A stretch of 49,992 nucleotides of DNA from Candidatus Hadarchaeota archaeon (lineage in GTDB: Archaea > Hadarchaeota > Hadarchaeia > Hadarchaeales > JAGGTB01): NCBI GenBank assembly GCA_964384105.1, contig CAYLJV010000007.1:1-49992 (forward strand). Reading direction: 5' to 3'. Of the stretch, positions 35,196 through 45,122 are shown one piece after another. Every line of letters begins with the position of its first letter. Position 1 is the stretch's first letter. Position numbers and translations under genes: made by a program. Under the pieces are notes generated by a model that was given only the letters and a program-made list of their open reading frames with translations, did not search any database and was not told where the DNA came from.

Positions 35196-37337
35196 TTACC
35201 TATTTTTGCCGTAAATCGACTTCGCTACATATGCTAGGGCCAATGCGATTGCTATTCCGATAAATGCTATGACCCAGGCTAGCTCTTTGGGCGGGTCGTA
35301 AACTCCGTCCTCTCCCGCTACCTCCATCTCGGTCCTGAAAACTTCGTCCTGGAATTTTATCTCGATCGTGTACTTCCCGTCCTCCTCGTAAAAATCGTCG
35401 TGCGGAATCGTGAATTCGAAAGGACTGTCGTTGACGATGTAGGTGGTCTCGAGGGTCTTATCGCTCCTCAGTAGTCTGTCCCGGTATACCTTTACTTCCG
35501 CGGATGCATTCCATTCTACTTTCTCATACTCTTCTTGCCACGGGCTCCAGGGCTCCAGCTCCAGGTTTATGCCATCCTTGTTCTCCATGGCGGTGGCATA
35601 CAGGTAATGCAGGGGGGGATTTAACGGAGGCCCCACATCGAAGGTTCTCGTGGATGTCATTTCTGTTCCTTCGTACTCTAGAACCGCTTTGACCTCGTAC
35701 TCTTTTATTTTTTCAGGGGTCCATGGTATCTCCACGAGGTGTTCTCCTCCGGGTCCTATCTCGGAGGGGTCTATACTCTTGGAGAGGACTTTTTCTCCTT
35801 CAATGTATACGTTTAGATTAGCTTCAAAATCGAGTGTAACGTTTTCTCGTTCAGTTCTGTGTATTCGGGTTAGGAGATCGATATTCTCCCTGGCTCTGAT
35901 CTTGGAGTGTATCGTTCCCACGAGGGAGTTGGGTGATTGGTCGTACACTTTCTCGCCGATTCCTTCGTTTAGGGGGAAGTGGGCGACTAGGTTTTTCTCT
36001 AGATTGCCTCCATCATACAATTCTTTGATTTCTTGTTCGGCGAGTGCTTGGTTGTAGATTCTGATTTCGCTTATTTCTCCTTTGAGTTGATAGTTTGGGT
36101 TTCTAGCCCATCCACCTATTCTTATATCCCCAGTTCCATCATAGATTTCCTCTCCCGCCTCCACTTCACTTTCTAACTCATCGTTAACATACACTCTCAG
36201 GGTTTCATTGTTGTGAGTGTATACTACATGATACCATTCGTCTAATTCAAATTCCATATCGGAGTCAAATGAGTGGACTTTGTCTCCATCTAGTGAATAC
36301 CACCCACCTATATGTCCGTTGGGGCGAAAATAAAATGAGAACTGATGCTCGCCAGATCCTCCGGACTTAGAAATTATAGTCTGGTAATTTCCATTATGGT
36401 TTTCTCTGTTTGTTTTCACCCACGCGCTTATGGTTAACCCGTTGCTGAAATCAAAGCTCTTATCATGTGGAACCTCGAAATAATCGTCTACACCATCAAA
36501 ATTCAAAACCTGTTCATGTTTAGCATCGGTAGTCCATCCTGCGCTTGTTTCAATATTTTTGAGATGAAAAACTGGCCCGGTTGCTCTAAAGATTTCTTTG
36601 ATTTCTTGTTCGGCGAGTGCTTGGTTGTAGATTCTGATTTCGCTTATTTCTCCTTTGAGTTGATAGTTTGGGTTTCTAGCCCATCCACCTATTCTTATAT
36701 CCCCAGTTCCATCATAGATTTCCTCTCCCGCCTCCACTTCACTTTCTAACTCATCGTTAACATACACTCTCAGGGTTTCATTGTTGTGAGTGTATACTAC
36801 ATGATACCATTCGTCTAATTCAAATTCCATATCGGAGTCAAATGAGTGGACTTTGTCTCCATCTAGTGAATACCACCCACCTATATGTCCGTTGGGGCGA
36901 AAATAAAATGAGAACTGATGCTCGCCAGATCCTCCGGACTTAGAAATTATAGTCTGGTAATTTCCATTATGGTTTTCTCTGTTTGTTTTCACCCACGCGC
37001 TTATGGTTAACCCGTTGCTGAAATCAAAGCTCTTATCATGTGGAACCTCGAAATAATCGTCTACACCATCAAAATTCAAAACCTGTCCATTTTTTCCACT
37101 TGGTAATGTGGAATCGCTATAGGCGTCTAGAGACATGTTATGCATCGTACCTACGTTTTGATTTCCACTTTTGTCCATTACTTCTAGCGAAGAAATATCT
37201 TGGAAATTATAATAAGCAATTAAATTATTTTCAAGAATGATCCTTTTCTCTTCGCTGATTTGTGCTTGGGTTAATGGAAAGGAGATTAGAATTATGATGA
37301 TTAAAATCAGCATTTTAGAAATTTTCATTGATTTCAT
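35196..37337 (-). CDS. Membrane-anchored protein with two LamG-like domains
   Basis: Signal peptide, LNFDGVDDY, TISAWV, WYHVVYT, GEISEIRIYNQAL, C-terminal TM. Confidence 0.88.
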   Translation of the reverse strand: MKSMKISKMLILIIIILISFPLTQAQISEEKRIILENNLIAYYNFQDISSLEVMDKSGNQNVGTMHNMSLDAYSDSTLPSGKNGQVLNFDGVDDYFEVPHDKSFDFSNGLTISAWVKTNRENHNGNYQTIISKSGGSGEHQFSFYFRPNGHIGGWYSLDGDKVHSFDSDMEFELDEWYHVVYTHNNETLRVYVNDELESEVEAGEEIYDGTGDIRIGGWARNPNYQLKGEISEIRIYNQALAEQEIKEIFRATGPVFHLKNIETSAGWTTDAKHEQVLNFDGVDDYFEVPHDKSFDFSNGLTISAWVKTNRENHNGNYQTIISKSGGSGEHQFSFYFRPNGHIGGWYSLDGDKVHSFDSDMEFELDEWYHVVYTHNNETLRVYVNDELESEVEAGEEIYDGTGDIRIGGWARNPNYQLKGEISEIRIYNQALAEQEIKELYDGGNLEKNLVAHFPLNEGIGEKVYDQSPNSLVGTIHSKIRARENIDLLTRIHRTERENVTLDFEANLNVYIEGEKVLSKSIDPSEIGPGGEHLVEIPWTPEKIKEYEVKAVLEYEGTEMTSTRTFDVGPPLNPPLHYLYATAMENKDGINLELEPWSPWQEEYEKVEWNASAEVKVYRDRLLRSDKTLETTYIVNDSPFEFTIPHDDFYEEDGKYTIEIKFQDEVFRTEMEVAGEDGVYDPPKELAWVIAFIGIAIALALAYVAKSIYGKNR
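36021..37086. repeat. 493-bp intragenic direct repeat (36021-36513 and 36594-37086)
   Basis: No differences noticed by eye; offset 573 bp, in frame. Confidence 0.9.
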
Positions 37338-37507
37338 ACCTTAATTTACAATTATCATATCATCTTTACTCTTGTTTGTTTGCTGAATTATTTGTATTAT
37401 CTTTATTTGGTGAATTTAAGTTGAAAAACATTTAATCAAAAATATTGAGATGCAAAATATAGCCTGGCAGTTCCAGATTTAGAAAATAGAAATAATCCTT
37501 TTAAGTG

Positions 37508-38530
37508 CTAGATATAGTTTATATCGATTAATAATTCCTTAATTTCTTTTTTATTTAGATGTGGAGCATCTTTTGATACATATTCAGAATTATAAAGGCT
37601 TTTTTCATAGCATTGGGCTTCCTCTTTCGGTTTAAGAACGTACATATCCTCTATTTCTTTTGCATATTTTGACTCTTCCTTGGTCATTAGTTTTTCAAAA
37701 AGTCTCTCCCCCCTTCTTTTTCCTATTATATCGATCTCCATTTCTTTAGCCGAGTAACCGTATTTTGGTGCTATTTCTTCGATTACTACTTCGATTAATT
37801 CTTTAATTTTAACAGAGGGCATTTTCAAAACGAAAATCTCTCCTCCTTCAGCATATTTAAGAGAATTTAAGGAGATTTGAACTGCTTCCTTCTTGCTCAT
37901 CATGAATCTCGTCATTTTAGGATCTGTTAGAGTCACTGGACCTCCTTTTTTTATCTGGTTTTTAATAACAGGAAGCAAAGATCCTCGAGAATTTAAAACA
38001 TTTCCAAAACGGACAACGAAGAATCGGGTTTTTCTTTTCCCTTTGTAGAAGTTGGCGGAGGTGGTTAGCCGCTCGGCCAGCAGTTTAGTAGAACCCATTA
38101 CGTTTATTGGATTAACCACTTTGTCGGTGCTAATTGTAACAAAATATTGAACTTCTTCATTCATAGCAGCATCAATAAGGCTTTGTGTCCCTAACACGTT
38201 CGTTTTTACTGCCTCAAATGGATTATATTCACATAGCGGGACGTGTTTTAAAGCGGCTGCGTGAAATACGATATCAACATCCTCTATCGCCTTTTTGAGC
38301 CTGTTCTTGTCGCGAACACTTCCTATGAATGATCTAACTCTCTCAGAATCTAATTCTTCCCTAAGCTCGAACAGACCGGACTCGTCAATATCTAGAACTC
38401 TCACAACATTGACTTCAAGATCCAGAAGATTTTTGACTATTCTGTTACCAATAGAGCCAACGCCGCCGGAAACAAGAATAGTTTTACCTTGAAGTATATT
38501 TTCAATATTATTCATTTTATCTTTCACCAA
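37508..38530 (-). CDS. NDP-GlcNAc 4,6-dehydratase (PseB/PglF/LegB-like)
   Basis: GGVGSIG, HAAALKHVP, STDK, VRFGNV, MTRF. Confidence 0.9.
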   Translation of the reverse strand: MVKDKMNNIENILQGKTILVSGGVGSIGNRIVKNLLDLEVNVVRVLDIDESGLFELREELDSERVRSFIGSVRDKNRLKKAIEDVDIVFHAAALKHVPLCEYNPFEAVKTNVLGTQSLIDAAMNEEVQYFVTISTDKVVNPINVMGSTKLLAERLTTSANFYKGKRKTRFFVVRFGNVLNSRGSLLPVIKNQIKKGGPVTLTDPKMTRFMMSKKEAVQISLNSLKYAEGGEIFVLKMPSVKIKELIEVVIEEIAPKYGYSAKEMEIDIIGKRRGERLFEKLMTKEESKYAKEIEDMYVLKPKEEAQCYEKSLYNSEYVSKDAPHLNKKEIKELLIDINYI

Positions 38531-39659
38531 AAAACTCGATGAAAGCTTGAATTATATAATCTATTTCCTTTTTCTCTAGGTCTGGATATATGGGGAGACT
38601 AAGAACTTGTTTGGAAATTCTTTCTGTTTCCGGTAGATCTCCTTCCTCAAATCCAAACTTTTTTCTATAAAATTTTGTGAGATGGATTGGGTTAAAATAT
38701 ATTTTTGATGATACTCGAGTCTTCTCGGTAAGGTAGTCTTTCAACTCATCTCGGATTTTCTGATTTTCTAGTCTTATAGTATACAACTGATATACATGTA
38801 AGTGCTCCTTAGGAGTAGTAGGAACTTTTATCCCGGATATATCAGAGAGCTTTTTGTTATAGTAAGAAGCCTTCTCTCTACGCATGTCTATAACCTTATC
38901 GATCTTGTCCAATTGGGAAATCCCTAGTGCGGCCAATATGGTCGGCATTCTAAAGTTATAGCCCAGCTCCACGTACTCCATCGGTTCTGTCGAGGAGAAA
39001 TAGTTTGATCCCCCCTTGTTTCTACCATGTGACCTTATTAATTTCAGTTTTTGACAAACTTTTTTGGAGTCTGTGACTATAGCTCCACCCTCTCCTGTGG
39101 TAATTACTTTGTTTTGACAAAAGCTTAACATTGCCGAATCTCCAAAAGTTCCAACCTTCATATTACTTATCTTGGATCCCAGAGATTCAGCTGCGTCCTC
39201 GACTAGCAAGAGGTTGTGGTCCTCTGCTATATCGTTCAGAGCTTCGATCTTTCTGCAAGGTGCCCCTCCATAGTGGACGGGAACAAGGGCTTTAGTCTTG
39301 CTTGATATCCTTTCTTTTACATCTTCGGGGTTCAGTCCATAAGACCGATCCTCTATCTCTCCGAATACTGGCTTAGCTCCGGCCATGAGCACACAGTTGG
39401 CAGTTGCTATAAAGCTGAAAGAGGGAACGATTACTTCTCCTGAATTTATACCGTGAGCCAAGAGAATGGCGTGTAAAGCAGAAGTGCCGGAATTAAAAGC
39501 CACAGCGTAATCAGTGCCTATGTATTTTGACAACTTATTTTCGAACTCCTCGATTTCCGGTCCGGTAGCCCAGTACGTTCCTCTTTTTATGACATTTTTC
39601 ACAGCTTTGATATCGCCCTCTTCCCAATATGACTTGAACAAAGGCACTTTTTCAGCCAT
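38517..39659 (-). CDS. DegT/DnrJ sugar aminotransferase (LegC-like)
   Basis: NSGTSALH, EDAAESLG, NKVITTGEGG, LSLPIYP. Confidence 0.93.
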   Translation of the reverse strand: MAEKVPLFKSYWEEGDIKAVKNVIKRGTYWATGPEIEEFENKLSKYIGTDYAVAFNSGTSALHAILLAHGINSGEVIVPSFSFIATANCVLMAGAKPVFGEIEDRSYGLNPEDVKERISSKTKALVPVHYGGAPCRKIEALNDIAEDHNLLLVEDAAESLGSKISNMKVGTFGDSAMLSFCQNKVITTGEGGAIVTDSKKVCQKLKLIRSHGRNKGGSNYFSSTEPMEYVELGYNFRMPTILAALGISQLDKIDKVIDMRREKASYYNKKLSDISGIKVPTTPKEHLHVYQLYTIRLENQKIRDELKDYLTEKTRVSSKIYFNPIHLTKFYRKKFGFEEGDLPETERISKQVLSLPIYPDLEKKEIDYIIQAFIEFFGER

Positions 39660-40433
39660 CTAATCTGTCTCCTTGCTACCTTTATGTATAGATACTTGGA
39701 TTCTATACTTTGTTCCGTTTACCCTAAAATAAGCAGCCTCGTTTTGTTTGTTTGTTGTTAATGCCCTAAGTTTATCTATCAAATCTTTAGCTCGAACTTT
39801 TTTATCTAACTGAATTTTTTGTATTTCTTGTAAGTCCCCTTTTTTATGTGAAGATCCTTTTTCTCTTGGCTGGGGTTTTCTTGTATATTCCTCAGAGATC
39901 AATTCGGGCCAAGCTTCTTTAAAAATCTCTAACTCCAGCTCTTTAACACGCTTATACAAAGAATCTGCTGTATCCTGGGGCCTAATCGCAATCTTTTTGC
40001 GGCGAACTATATCTCCTGTGTCTGTGTCTTCATCCATAAAGTGTAGAGTTGCTCCGTAGGGTGTATTCTCATAAATCGCCCAACTTGGAGTATGCCAACC
40101 GCGATTGTACGGCAGAAAAGCTGGATGGAGATTAAGGACTCCATGCTTTGGTTTATCAAAAATTTTTTTCGTATATATATAAGGAAAATGAACTGAAATA
40201 ATGTAATCTAACTTAAATTTATCTATCAAATCTAGTCCTTTTTCTTTTCTGAATGTATCACCTCTTAATATTGTATCGGGATTGAGATAAGAACACAAAT
40301 CAATTAATTCAGCTGAATGACTTGCTCTGTCTTCAGAAGGTACAAAAAGAAGGGAGGGTTTTGTACCTTGCTCTAAAATGAACTCTAATACATCAACTGA
40401 TATGTCTTTATCTCCAGCGAAAGCAATCTTCAT
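39660..40433 (-). CDS. Sugar N-formyltransferase
   Basis: LNLHPAFLPYNRG, GATLHFMDEDTDTGDI. Confidence 0.9.
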   Translation of the reverse strand: MKIAFAGDKDISVDVLEFILEQGTKPSLLFVPSEDRASHSAELIDLCSYLNPDTILRGDTFRKEKGLDLIDKFKLDYIISVHFPYIYTKKIFDKPKHGVLNLHPAFLPYNRGWHTPSWAIYENTPYGATLHFMDEDTDTGDIVRRKKIAIRPQDTADSLYKRVKELELEIFKEAWPELISEEYTRKPQPREKGSSHKKGDLQEIQKIQLDKKVRAKDLIDKLRALTTNKQNEAAYFRVNGTKYRIQVSIHKGSKETD

Positions 40434-40447
40434 ATATCTTTACCACC

Positions 40448-41605
40448 TCAATACGTTATTTTTTTTCTTAATAAGCTGTCATCTATTTTTTTTTCTGCTA
40501 AAATATTTGCGATTTCTCTACAGGTATTTTCCATTTCATACGGATTTTTTGATCCTTTTATTCTTTTTTTGAATTGATTTCTGAGAACTGTCTTAATGGC
40601 AGATTTAACTTCTTTTCTATCATAACTTACTTCTATCACATTATCTCCTCTTTCTCTACCTTCTTGTCTATCTCCGACGTTTATGAACGGGAGGTTCAGG
40701 GAGGGGGCTTCAATAATTCCACTACTAGTATTTCCGATCATAGCATCAGCGGCTTTCATTAAACCCAAAAAATCCGGTCTTGGCATATTTTTTAAAGCTG
40801 TCACAAAGTCGAGGTTTTCATATTTTTTTATAACGTCAATCATCTTTCTTCCTCCTGCATCCGCATTAGGATAGATTATGACAGTCGGATACTCTAATTC
40901 AGCTATAGCTTCCAAAGTCTCTCTCATTTGACCTCCCGCCCCCTTCACCTCTCCACTTACAGGGTGCTGAACTACAATTAAAAGAGGATCGGTCTCCCCT
41001 AACTCATATTTTTCCGAAAGATTTGAGAATTTTGTTATTTCGTTTCTTTTAATTGAATCCAGTCCGGGAGCTCCAACGTTATGGACGTTTTCGGGCTTTT
41101 CACCCATCTTTATTATTCTCTTTTTACTCCTTTCAGTAGCAGGGAAGTGGATATGGGAAAGTTTGGTAATTGCGTGCCGGGCGACTTCGTCAACCGTAAG
41201 TGTAACCTCCCCTCCATGCACATGCGCTAATGGAATACCGAGATAAGACCCCACCACTGCTCCGGCTAACATCTCTCCCCTATCACCTAAAAGAAGAATT
41301 ATATCTGGTTTAATCTCAACCACTTTATCTATTATTGACTGAATAGCCCTACCCACAAATCGGGCCATAGATTTTTTATTATCTTCCTCGTACTCTAAAT
41401 CAAGCCGATGGTACGGGAAATTTTCTCTTTCTATTTCTCCAATTGTATTGCCAAATTCTTCCATTACATGCATGCCAGTAGCAATGATATTCAGAGAGAG
41501 ATCGGGATGGGAATCTATTTTTTTCAAAGTGAACTTCATTAATCCAAAATCTGCCCTTGTTCCTGAAATATACAAAACTTTTCTAGTCATTCTATATCTT
41601 CCCAA
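40448..41605 (-). CDS. neuC: Hydrolysing UDP-GlcNAc 2-epimerase (NeuC/LegG)
   Basis: GTRADFG, LGDRGE, HVHGGE, RHAITKLSH, GNTSSG. Confidence 0.92.
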   Translation of the reverse strand: MGRYRMTRKVLYISGTRADFGLMKFTLKKIDSHPDLSLNIIATGMHVMEEFGNTIGEIERENFPYHRLDLEYEEDNKKSMARFVGRAIQSIIDKVVEIKPDIILLLGDRGEMLAGAVVGSYLGIPLAHVHGGEVTLTVDEVARHAITKLSHIHFPATERSKKRIIKMGEKPENVHNVGAPGLDSIKRNEITKFSNLSEKYELGETDPLLIVVQHPVSGEVKGAGGQMRETLEAIAELEYPTVIIYPNADAGGRKMIDVIKKYENLDFVTALKNMPRPDFLGLMKAADAMIGNTSSGIIEAPSLNLPFINVGDRQEGRERGDNVIEVSYDRKEVKSAIKTVLRNQFKKRIKGSKNPYEMENTCREIANILAEKKIDDSLLRKKITY

Positions 41606-42636
41606 TTAATCGGCTCGTCTCCTTTTATATGTTTTTTAGCAGTTTTTCCGATTATATTTTCTATGTGCTTTGGTCTAATTCCGGTCTCAGGTCTCTTTAT
41701 ATCAACCATATCCTTCCTTATTTTCGCTCCTTTTGAAATGTTAATTACAGAAACTATGCTTTTTCTCGTCACTTCTTTAATCTCTTTCTCTGTATCCACA
41801 GGTTTTTTTACACCATCACCCATTGCCCTTTTCACAGATCTTATTTCTTTGACCATTCTCTCCAGTTCTTTAGGAGAAAGTGAAGCTTCATGGTCCGGAC
41901 CTGGCAGAGATTTGTTTATCGTGAAATGCTTTTCTATCACACATGCACCTAACGCCACAGCTGCGACGGGCACTGCGGTTCCAAGAGTATGGTCGGAAAA
42001 TCCAACTGGAACATCAAATGCGGTTTTTAGAGTTTCCATCGCCCTCAAATTGCAGTCTTCCGGGTCGGCAGGGTAATTAGTCACACAATGCAATAAGATT
42101 AAGTCAGCTTCACCAGAGGAATGTATTGTGTTTACAGCCTCTTCCACCTCGCAAAGATTAGCCATTCCTGTGGATAGTATTATGGGCTTGTTTTTAGAGG
42201 CCATTCTCTCAAGGAACGGCAAGTTCGTGAGGTCGCTGGAAGATACCTTAAAGACAGGCAGATTAAGTCTGTTCAACAAATCTATGCTCTCCATAGCATG
42301 GGGAGTCGACATAAAAAGGATGTTTTTTCTCTTACAATACCCTAAGAGTTCAATGTGTTCCTCTTCGGAAAGTTGGACCTCTTTAAGCATCTCATACTGA
42401 GATTTTTCCACTTCAGTAGTCTTTTGTTGATATTTGGCTTTTGGAGCAGCCTTCGATGTGACCTTTTCTGCTTTAAAAGTCTGAAATTTGACTGCATCTG
42501 CACCGGCTTCTTTTGCCACATCAACTAAATCCTTGGCCATTTCGACTTTACCATTATGATTCACGCCAGCTTCAGCGATGATAAATGTAGGATTACTCTC
42601 ACCGATTGTTCGATCTCCTATTTCCACGGTTTTCAT
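41587..42636 (-). CDS. neuB: Nonulosonic acid synthase (NeuB/LegI)
   Basis: IIAEAGVNHNG, VKFQTF, GFSDHT, IEKHFT, GPDH, SAF tail. Confidence 0.95.
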   Translation of the reverse strand: MKTVEIGDRTIGESNPTFIIAEAGVNHNGKVEMAKDLVDVAKEAGADAVKFQTFKAEKVTSKAAPKAKYQQKTTEVEKSQYEMLKEVQLSEEEHIELLGYCKRKNILFMSTPHAMESIDLLNRLNLPVFKVSSSDLTNLPFLERMASKNKPIILSTGMANLCEVEEAVNTIHSSGEADLILLHCVTNYPADPEDCNLRAMETLKTAFDVPVGFSDHTLGTAVPVAAVALGACVIEKHFTINKSLPGPDHEASLSPKELERMVKEIRSVKRAMGDGVKKPVDTEKEIKEVTRKSIVSVINISKGAKIRKDMVDIKRPETGIRPKHIENIIGKTAKKHIKGDEPINWEDIE

Positions 42637-42691
42637 CTTTTTACCCCTAGATTTTATTTTAGTGCTTCTAGGAAATAATAGTCTCCCTAAA

Positions 42692-43408
42692 TCAGGCTTT
42701 TTTTTCTTCCATTATTTTCTCGGCAAAAAGTAGGTCTAATTCTGTATCTATGTCGATAGACCTCTCGGGAGGCATTACAAGGGCCCTCGTGTCCGGACCT
42801 CGGACTGTATCTCCATCCAATATTACGTCCTTTCGGGTTACGAACACTGCCCCATTGGGTATATATAAATCGGGAGTGTCCTGTCTCCTGTAGACCTTCC
42901 CTCCACCTTTATCCAAAAACTCACTAACTCTCCCTTCCTCGTCGAGAGTAACCATCCAGTGAGGCGGATGTTTCACTTCCATCACAGTTATGACCGAATC
43001 ACAGCCCTCCTCAAGCAGTTTTTCCACAGAATCATCTATATCTTCAGTTTTTCGGAGTGGTGATGTGGGTTGTAATATAACGACCAGATCAGGAACGTAC
43101 CCATTTTTTTCGTCCAAGTAATCGATGGCATGTTTAAAAACGGGTAAGGATGGCGTGTTGTCCCTTGCCAATCTTTCAGGTCTGGGAATGATTTCCACTT
43201 GATAGTTTTCTGCGACTTCCCTTATCTTCCCGTTGTCTGTTGAGACCACTATTCTGTCGAGATATTCGGACTTTCTCGCTTCCCTTATTGTGTAGTAAAT
43301 CATGGGCTTCCCTCTCAATTCAACAATATTTTTATAAGGTATTCCCTTCGAACCCCCCCGAGCAGGGATTATGCCCAAAACATATAGATTCTTTTTTTTT
43401 CCCGTCAT
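42692..43408 (-). CDS. neuA: CMP-nonulosonate synthetase (NeuA/LegF)
   Basis: IPARGGSKGIPYKN, LQPTSPLR, RRQD, SIDIDT. Confidence 0.95.
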   Translation of the reverse strand: MTGKKKNLYVLGIIPARGGSKGIPYKNIVELRGKPMIYYTIREARKSEYLDRIVVSTDNGKIREVAENYQVEIIPRPERLARDNTPSLPVFKHAIDYLDEKNGYVPDLVVILQPTSPLRKTEDIDDSVEKLLEEGCDSVITVMEVKHPPHWMVTLDEEGRVSEFLDKGGGKVYRRQDTPDLYIPNGAVFVTRKDVILDGDTVRGPDTRALVMPPERSIDIDTELDLLFAEKIMEEKKA

Positions 43409-43584
43409 AGTTTCACTTCAATTTAAATAACGGGCAGATTGACAGTTAAATTCTCTCGTCTATCTTCTAGCGAAAAAATTCTCCCGAACGGTACAGAAAT
43501 AGACTAGTGTTAAAAAATGCGGGAGTAAAGCTTGGATATAATAAAGCCTCTAAAAACTTTTGGTGTTACTAGTAACACTAACCT

Positions 43585-45042
43585 ATGATGAACATCTACA
43601 AGAAGTTCTCTAAAAATGTAGGCCTATTAGGTTTGGCAAGAGCCTCTACTCAGTTACAGGGTATTTTTCTCCTTCCGGTGCTCACCAAAATATTGGGTGA
43701 GAGTCCTTACGGTCTTTGGGTTCAGGCTTCGGTTATGATTACTCTTCTAATGTGGTTTGTTGATTTAGGTCTTCCTTACTCTATGGTAAGGCATTTGGCT
43801 TCTGAGGAAGAAGAATCAGGAATTAGAGATGGTTTTTACTCTATATTATTGATTTTATTGGCTTCTTCGCTTCTAGCTTCGGGAATGATCTATCTTTTTT
43901 CTGATCAATTGGCCTCTCTTCTTTTTGATGGAGCCAATTGGGTTGTTCTTTTCGTGGCGATTTTGGTTCCTCTTCGAGTAGTTAATCGAGTTTATATCAG
44001 TTTTTTTAGGACTTTCAGGGAGATGAAAAAGTACTCAGTTATCGAAATTTTTACACAATATGGATGGGTCTTTTTAGCGATAGTTTTTGTTTTATGGGGA
44101 TATGGTCTGCAGGAAGTTTTTCTTAGCTATCTCGTAATTTTCGCTTTGGTTACCTTTTCATTGGTGATTTATTTATGGACCAGAATAGGTTTTGTTATTC
44201 CGACCTTTTCTAATATTCGAGAATATCTGAGATTCGGTCTCCCCACAATTCCTGGGAATATGTCCTCTTGGGTTACAAGTTCCTCGGACAGATTCCTAAT
44301 TTCTTTTTACTTGGGGATCCTATTTGTTGGATACTATAATCCGGCATACAAAATCGGAACCGCTCCATTCATGCTAACAAGTATCTTGGGATTTATACTA
44401 CCTGCAACACTCTCGGATCTCTACGACAGCGGGAAGATAAAGCAAGTGAAAAAATTCCTAAAATTTACCCTAAAGTATCTTCTTCTACTAACAATCCCCT
44501 TTCTCTTTGGAGCCAGTTTAATGGCCGAACAGTTTCTGCGAATCCTATCTACGGCAGAAATCGCATCTCAAGGTATAATTATCGTGCCGGTCGTGGCCGT
44601 CGCAGCATTATTTTTTGTCGTATATCTGCCGTTTATGCAGATTATAGTATTAAAAAAGAAGACCGAGATTACTGGAGCCATCTGGATCCTTTCCGCTGTT
44701 ACTAACATTTTCCTAAACATAGTACTAATTCCGAGAATAGGGATACTCGGAGCCGGAATCACCACACTGATCTCTTACGGAATTGCAATGGCTCTCACCA
44801 TTTACTATGCGAGAAAAGAGCTTACATTTCAGATAGAGAAAGGCCCTATACTTAAAAGCCTTTTAGGGTCATCGGTAATGTCGCTGTTAATATTCTTCTG
44901 GAATCCGTTTGGCATTCTTAGTGTTATAATATGTGTGTTTACTAGCATTTCTATCTATTTTTTGGTACTATATCTACTGAGAACTTTTTCAGATAAGGAA
45001 TTAAGGCTCTTCAAGAATATTATTATTGATTATTTTCAATAA
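43585..45042 (+). CDS. Wzx/MOP-family oligosaccharide flippase
   Basis: Many TM segments, SDRFLI, VGYYNPAYKI, LIPRIGILGA. Confidence 0.9.
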   Translation: MMNIYKKFSKNVGLLGLARASTQLQGIFLLPVLTKILGESPYGLWVQASVMITLLMWFVDLGLPYSMVRHLASEEEESGIRDGFYSILLILLASSLLASGMIYLFSDQLASLLFDGANWVVLFVAILVPLRVVNRVYISFFRTFREMKKYSVIEIFTQYGWVFLAIVFVLWGYGLQEVFLSYLVIFALVTFSLVIYLWTRIGFVIPTFSNIREYLRFGLPTIPGNMSSWVTSSSDRFLISFYLGILFVGYYNPAYKIGTAPFMLTSILGFILPATLSDLYDSGKIKQVKKFLKFTLKYLLLLTIPFLFGASLMAEQFLRILSTAEIASQGIIIVPVVAVAALFFVVYLPFMQIIVLKKKTEITGAIWILSAVTNIFLNIVLIPRIGILGAGITTLISYGIAMALTIYYARKELTFQIEKGPILKSLLGSSVMSLLIFFWNPFGILSVIICVFTSISIYFLVLYLLRTFSDKELRLFKNIIIDYFQ

Positions 45043-45122
45043 AACTATAATCAAGACCAGCTAGTGATTCTAGTCAATAATTACACCTAATAGGATTAAA
45101 GAGATCAATTCTTTCCGATTTT

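Noticed and set aside
41663-42400. Plus-strand ORFs inside neuB and other antisense ORFs in the track
   Set aside because: They fully overlap well-supported genes on the opposite strand
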